DNA of 32,000 nucleotides from Zygophlyctis sp. KS116 (Eukaryota; Fungi; Chytridiomycota): positions 1-32,000 of the forward strand of contig BAAFSQ010000006.1 in assembly GCA_054661495.1 (NCBI GenBank). Reading direction: 5' to 3'. Positions 26,255 to 32,000 of the stretch are shown piece after piece. A program made the position numbers and the translations under genes. Position 1 is the stretch's first letter. The number at the start of each line of letters is the position of its first letter. Below the pieces are notes generated by a model. That model ran no database searches. It saw only the letters and a list, made by a program, of their open reading frames with translations, and was not told the DNA's origin.

Positions 26255-27538
26255 TCAAATTGTTGAATAGTATTCACATACAACTCCAGTAAAAATTAGA
26301 CAAAATGCGATTTCTGCAATGAAATTCTCTGTAGGATCCACTGTAGATCTTCTTATCAAGTTGAGTTCAAAGAGTGCAAAATATAACGCTTTTCCAATTG
26401 CACGTAGGTCTTGTGCAAAGTCTGAAAGAAAAGGAGAGTATGACGCTATATTCAGAATTACAAAGAATATAGTTTCAAAATATAGCTGATGGTTTAGAAC
26501 TGTTGATAGTAATAGATGTTTTATAATTTCATTGCCATCATCTTCAGAAATTTCAATTTGAGAATAGATCCTAGATAAAGCAAAATATTTTTTTAGTGGG
26601 AATAGACTTTTTGAAATCTGCTTGAATGAATTCCAACCATAACCATAGTATAATAAAGTTTTTACCAAGTCAATATCATTTTTTTCTATTGCAGAGAGAA
26701 GAGCACAGAATTCTAGAGAATGAAATGGATCAGCACCGAATTCTAATAATGTCTTCATTCTATCCCAATTTTCAAATATTACAGCTTGATCCAACATTAA
26801 AGATAAATCAAGTGATGATTTTTTTCTATCGATTGATTCAAGATACAAATTGAAATCATCCATCAAAATAAGCTTTACCATTGGATGAACGCTTTCTAGA
26901 CTTAACTGACCTATTAATTCATCTAAAACAGCAAGATAATTTGAATCAGAGTCATCAATAGAGTTTCCATTTCCAATTGTATTCTTTAATAGATTTTTAG
27001 TCTCTGTATGCTTATTTCTAATAGCTAAAACAAGAGCCCAATTAAACCAATCAGTAGCATTAATTTTTCCAGTATCAATCAAGACTTTTACAAACTTTAC
27101 CATACCTTTTGCAGCTGTTAATCGCAACAAATAATTCTTATGAAAAGATGGATCTACGTATTTTAACAACTCTTGAAATTCATGTAGATTACGAGAATGA
27201 ACGGCGTTTATAATTTTGGATTGATTTAAAGTTTTACCAATTTTGAAGTCTGGGTATGCCATCTTTAGATTTTTCAAATCTTCAACTTTTAGAAAATGTG
27301 TAGTATAATATAAAAGATCATTGGGAAGGTTTTCTAAAATAGATTCCTTCTTATTTGAATGTAATGCAGATTGAAGATTAGATTTATGATTGCTATGAGG
27401 AATTATTGAATTTAAGTTTTTAGAGTTGATCTCCTTTAGGGATTTAGTTTTATCAGGTATGGGAGTTGCTTGAACCATTGAATTAAATAAGCAGATCATC
27501 ATACAAATCAGACATTTTAGAGAAATAGTATCCTGCAT
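26255..27538 (-). CDS. Intronless putative secreted protein: signal peptide + F-box-like motif + ankyrin-like repeats + hydrophobic C-terminus (~427 aa)
   Basis: First ATG at 27538; CLICMMICLFNSMVQA/TPIP; LENLPNDLLYYTTHFL; LRLTAAKGMVKFVKVLI, LLEFGADP, LLSAIEKNDIDLVKTLLYYG. Confidence 0.7.
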   Translation of the reverse strand: MQDTISLKCLICMMICLFNSMVQATPIPDKTKSLKEINSKNLNSIIPHSNHKSNLQSALHSNKKESILENLPNDLLYYTTHFLKVEDLKNLKMAYPDFKIGKTLNQSKIINAVHSRNLHEFQELLKYVDPSFHKNYLLRLTAAKGMVKFVKVLIDTGKINATDWFNWALVLAIRNKHTETKNLLKNTIGNGNSIDDSDSNYLAVLDELIGQLSLESVHPMVKLILMDDFNLYLESIDRKKSSLDLSLMLDQAVIFENWDRMKTLLEFGADPFHSLEFCALLSAIEKNDIDLVKTLLYYGYGWNSFKQISKSLFPLKKYFALSRIYSQIEISEDDGNEIIKHLLLSTVLNHQLYFETIFFVILNIASYSPFLSDFAQDLRAIGKALYFALFELNLIRRSTVDPTENFIAEIAFCLIFTGVVCEYYSTI

Positions 27539-27679
27539 TGAGCTAGTCTGACGCAAATCAAGATATTTAGATAAAATCATACCGCAAAACAGAATAGCAC
27601 TAGCACTACGAGTTAATACCCACCAACCAGCCAACAGCGCAACTTCAATCTGCTCTGCCGGCAGCTATAATTTTCAAAA

Positions 27680-29074
27680 ATGATGAAATCTGTCTTGATC
27701 TTTACTGTTTATCTATTATTTATCAATCTTACCAATGCCGATATTATACCAAAGCTTCTAGTCAAACGATCACCCGACGATAAATTCAAAACAATTGCAA
27801 AGGATGTCAAACATTCAGTCGACCAATTAACGCCAATCATTCAGAGTATTGGGAAATTGGCTACCACCGGTCATCATAAAAGGCCTTTTGAGGATTCTGC
27901 TTCAAATCCGATCAATAGTTTGTTGCCTTCTAAACGATTGACAAAGACGAGTGGATCAGCATTTGACGACTATCTACAGAATTCGGTGATTGATAAACTA
28001 CCATTAATGTCTTTTGAAGATGCTATAAAATATGCAGTTCGTGGGATAGATGAAGCTGTGATTCTAAAGAAATTTATGGGAAAAGACTATGATAATGCAC
28101 TCTTATACATTTTTAGGGATTTTAATCCACCAGACACTAAGAGGCTAGTAAATTTTAAAGCTTTTCTCAGTAATGCATTTGTAATTTTTCATTTGGAGAA
28201 AATAGACTACTCAGACTATAATCGGGTTATTACTCCAATCTTGAAGGATATTTTTTCTCTTGGTAAGCTGGAATACTTAAAAGTACTCTATAAAAGTCCA
28301 ATAATATTTTCATTGTTTATAGAAAGAGATTGGTTTGATTATTCTGCAGTGAAAATAGCTGCTGAATTAGGATATCAGGAACTTATTTCATGGCTTTTAG
28401 ATCATATACATGGAAAATCATTTTTTAAGGCTGTAAATTCTGTCATTATGGGGCTTGTAGATGGTAAAAAGGCAAATCTTTTTGATTCTTTAATTACTCA
28501 TCGGGTGATTGCTCAGATTTCCCCTGAAATGTTTCCTACAATTTTGCTTCAAAATTTGAATTTTGCTATTTTAAAAAATAGAGTGGATTCAATCGCACAA
28601 ATATTGGATAAATTACCAGAATGTTGTAGTGGATGTATTGATATACTACTGGGTAATATATTATCAATGGATGATACTACTCTTGCTATTGAATCTTTAA
28701 ATGTGATTTTTCGGACACGGGTGTGGAATCCAACCAGAACAAACGAAATATTGGCTCTAATGTCTAAATGTAAGGATCAGTATTTATATAGGCTAGGACA
28801 GGAATTTCTGAATCCAAGATTAGTTTTCAGTGATGTCTCTTTGACTATGGACCCCTTGTCAAAAGCCATATCTAATGCTTCATTTATGAGCATTTTCATC
28901 TTTAATGTTAGAAATACTCTATTAACAATCAAGAATATTTTGCAAGATATTCAAGCAAACCAAGAATATTATTCTCGGATATTCAATTATGAATCTCGGG
29001 AAAATGAAATTCCTGTAGATTCAGAGAATGCATCAAGGATAGAGGTTTTTGGAATGCCTCTTTATGAAATCTAG
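27680..29074 (+). CDS. Intronless putative secreted protein with degenerate ankyrin-like helical repeats (464 aa)
   Basis: MMKSVLIFTVYLLFINLTNA signal peptide, LVKR Kex2-like site, HKRPF..SKRL basic clusters, AVKIAAELGYQELISWLL, LNFAILKNRVDSIAQIL. Confidence 0.7.
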   Translation: MMKSVLIFTVYLLFINLTNADIIPKLLVKRSPDDKFKTIAKDVKHSVDQLTPIIQSIGKLATTGHHKRPFEDSASNPINSLLPSKRLTKTSGSAFDDYLQNSVIDKLPLMSFEDAIKYAVRGIDEAVILKKFMGKDYDNALLYIFRDFNPPDTKRLVNFKAFLSNAFVIFHLEKIDYSDYNRVITPILKDIFSLGKLEYLKVLYKSPIIFSLFIERDWFDYSAVKIAAELGYQELISWLLDHIHGKSFFKAVNSVIMGLVDGKKANLFDSLITHRVIAQISPEMFPTILLQNLNFAILKNRVDSIAQILDKLPECCSGCIDILLGNILSMDDTTLAIESLNVIFRTRVWNPTRTNEILALMSKCKDQYLYRLGQEFLNPRLVFSDVSLTMDPLSKAISNASFMSIFIFNVRNTLLTIKNILQDIQANQEYYSRIFNYESRENEIPVDSENASRIEVFGMPLYEI

Positions 29075-29158
29075 CCATTGATTTAAATATACTTATTTGG
29101 TGATTTACCATGAATTGCGACTTTAGTACAAGGTGACCCCCCCATAAGTACTTGCATC

Positions 29159-29748
29159 ATGAGTAAAGGATTTAAACCATCATTTGGCAAAAAGGCATTA
29201 TCAAATGGCCTATCTGCAATCCCTGATGACATTCAACTTTCTTATACAGAAATCCCTTTATACCCAAATACAACTACAACGCCTGCATTCCCTGCTCCGA
29301 CCTCTGATCAACTTGAAACTATTGCTATTTACAAGAAATTTGAATCCGATCTCCTTAAATCACCTTGGCATATTTCCCTAAAGGTCGAATCCAAAGCATC
29401 ATGGGAAGTAAGGTATACAGACAGATATAATCCAATATATACTCAGAAATCTATAGATCAGTCTAAACTTCCAGATTATTATCCATCAGAGTTAAATATT
29501 AAAACTAATACTGTTCGCAGAAAGAAAATTAAGAGAGATTTCTCTACCAGCATATTAGATGAAATAGTCTCTGATGAAGAGGCGGAGAAGGAGGAAGATG
29601 AAGAAGAAGTTGTGGAGGAAATCGAAGAAGATGAAGGAGACGAAGATGGGGATTATCAAGGTAATTTTCTATTAATGCATTAATCATAGTTGATTATTAC
29701 GCTGATGATTTGGATATGATTGGTGGTGAGTCGGGAGAAGACGAATAG
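29159..29748 (+). CDS. RPC31: RNA polymerase III subunit C31/RPC7 (186 aa)
   Basis: PLYP, RYTDRY, YYPSEL, long acidic tail DGDYQ/VDYYADD; 29-nt intron 29661-29689. Confidence 0.85.
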
Positions 29749-29779
29749 GAATTTTTTTCTTTTTAGTAATAAATTTTTA

Positions 29780-30374
29780 ATGTTTGATCCATCACAAGTA
29801 ATTTGTACATACTAATAGTAAAGTCAGTATATGATCAATTACACTCTAGACCAAAACACCCAACAGTACGAAATAACTCTGAACCCACACCTTCCAATCA
29901 TTCTGAACACGCGTCCCAGCCCCAAGACTTGAGCTCCCCACCAACAAGGAGCCATTGGACAAGAGACGAAAATACCACAAATTGCACATCATGCACACTT
30001 AAATTCACAATACTAATAAGAAAGCATCATTGTAGGAAATGCGGGCAGATTTTTTGCAGTGAATGTTCTAAATACAGGGGGAAATTAGATTCAAATGCTC
30101 ATTTTCATCCGTTTGGATATTTATGCAGACTATGTATATCATGCCATCAAGGGTTTATAGTATCTTTGGATGGGAAAATATGTTCGGATGAGGGAGGGTT
30201 AATTGATTCACCGTCAACAGGTAATACATGCGTAGTTTAAATATTACAGCAGAACTTTGCAAGGAAATGACAGATGCGCCTAATGTTTCTTTAAATGTAG
30301 ATAATATTAGTCCTGATCAGGCCGAAGGGGCATCGCCGGCCGTTCCTCTAGATTGGCAATGGAGTACCTTTTAG
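29780..30374 (+). CDS. PIB2: Pib2-like FYVE protein (179 aa)
   Basis: PTRSHW..D, RKHHCRKCGQIFC FYVE motif; introns 29798-29823 and 30221-30249; C-terminal VPLDWQWSTF resembles the Pib2 tail motif. Confidence 0.8.
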
Positions 30375-30392
30375 ATTTATTATATACATTAT

Positions 30393-32000
30393 TTAATATA
30401 TCGGCTGAAAGGCTGATTCTGTAGATGGAATCAAGGATTTCAGTGTTTCCCTTTTGAGAAATGAGTCGATTATATCAGTCTCTGGTATCGCTTTGATCTT
30501 GCTTTCAGAATGAAGTTCTGCAAGTCGGCGTAATCGTTTTTCATTCAGCTCTTCAATTAATGCTATATCTAATGAAGAATCACTTCTGGTTTCAGAATTC
30601 TTATCATTTCGAGCAGTATTTGAGGGAGTTTCTTCCTCTGATGATCTATTCCTCTGCTTTGCCTCTCGTCTTCGAGATCTCGGACGTGATTCAAAAGAAC
30701 TAGATTTTTCAAGAATTTTAAAATACCTTAATTTGTCATCATTGAGACTTAAATAGTTTTTAACTTTATCAGCCTGAAAGTTAATGATATTTGCATACCG
30801 TTTCTTCTTCAACGTTTAATCGCAATTCATGGGTATCAAAATCATCCATTTCATTTCTATTAATAAAACTTTTAGAACGACTCTACCTTTTAGAAGGTTC
30901 TTTTGACAAATATTTAGCTAGAAAGTCGTCATCATGATTCCACTTTGCAGTACTACGAAAGTGTCGCATTTGAGGAGACTTCACTTGCGAATTGATCTCT
31001 TTGTGTGCAAGCGATTCTTTCAAATAAGCAAGTTCTTTTTCTTGTTCTTTGAGTAGTGCATTTTGCTTTTTTATATGTCTACCAGGTGTTACATGCAAAA
31101 TAATTACAGCGTTGAGGATTTTTCCGGCTCTATTTCTCTCATGATATCAAAAAAACCAGTATTGTTTCTCTTGTCATATGAAATATCAGATATTGAAGTT
31201 GTATTCGCCTTTTTCTGAATTTCAGGCAATTTGGCGTGACGAGTTGATTCAAAGGTCATTGGGATGCGCATATCGATTTGTATATTTCGTTCTTCACTTT
31301 CTAGCTCCTATATAGTTAGAAATGCAATATTAAATACCCTTTGAATTGCTGCAAGTTGCTGCAATAGCTCTTGAGTCTCCGAAGATGCTGCAACTTTTCC
31401 AGGAACTTGTGAGGGTGGTATATTTGTGATAAATTCATTATTTTGATGATAAGCTGCAGGCAAAGTATTAAATATCTGAGCTTCTGAGATAGGGGCAGGT
31501 GAAGATATCGCTGACATACGTTTCATGAGTGCAGGAACCGGCGGCGACGCAATTCTAGATGGAATAGGCTGAATTCTTGCGACATTATTCACATTAGAAG
31601 CTTCTATCGTATAAAAATAAATTATTTACCTTCGTTCCTTTTTTGTGTAGATTTTTGACGATCATCTGCCAATCGAATTTGTTCTTCATGCTGTTCGGAT
31701 TTCACTTGGCCAGCTTTCTCGCGAGCCTTTCTTTCATTTTCAATTCTGGCTTCTTCTCCTCTTTTCCTTTGATCTTCCAATTCCTTAGCGTACTTTTCTC
31801 TCAGAAACTCTCTTTCTTTTTCTAATCTAAGTTGCTCCCTCTCTTCATCTTCCTTTTTTGCTTTTGCTTGTAAGGCTTTTTCAGCATTTTTTTGAGCTAT
31901 TTGGTTTTTTAATGCATCTTGAATTGAGGCCTGTTCATTCTGTTTTTTTAAAACCTCTGAGCGCTGCCAATCTGGTAACGATTCAATATTTTTCACGCCT
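30393..32000 (-). CDS. CCDC66/CSPP1-like coiled-coil ciliary/centrosomal protein, 3' part (starts beyond window)
   Basis: QDALKNQIAQK..EDEEREQLRLEKEREFLREKYAKE resembles the CCDC66 domain; introns 31604-31629, 31308-31337, 31079-31107, 30857-30886 and 30774-30798 link the ORFs. Confidence 0.6.

Noticed and set aside
27539-27634. N-terminal extension of the 459-aa ORF, and other TTG/GTG starts in the ORF track
   Set aside because: The sequence is eukaryotic; downstream ATGs or spliced upstream exons give better starts

Overview
AT-rich, extremely gene-dense eukaryotic DNA, most likely from a zoosporic (chytrid-like) fungus. Fungal-type genes (class II Fba1, Pib2-like, short NudC, Nud1/Cdc11-like) sit beside ciliary genes (SPAG17/PF6, CCDC66-like). 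The fragmented ORF track is explained by spliceosomal GT-AG introns. I reconstructed 49 by hand; 47 are only 23-32 nt (mode 25), and every complete spliced model restores a single reading frame. About 18 genes fill 32 kb, with gaps as small as 2 nt. The two long introns stand out. A 161-nt BiP/KAR2 intron folds into a ~120-nt hairpin rich in G-U pairs that form only on the sense strand. A ~400-nt HBS1 intron contains an in-frame, stop-terminated Ski7-like extension. Also notable are a stopless 30-nt intron splitting the BiP HDEL signal, a divergent intronless pair of secreted ankyrin-like proteins (one with an F-box-like motif) that resemble effectors, and a coiled-coil membrane protein with an array of LC8-type motifs. 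All calls come from manual reading and recalled family motifs; no searches were run.
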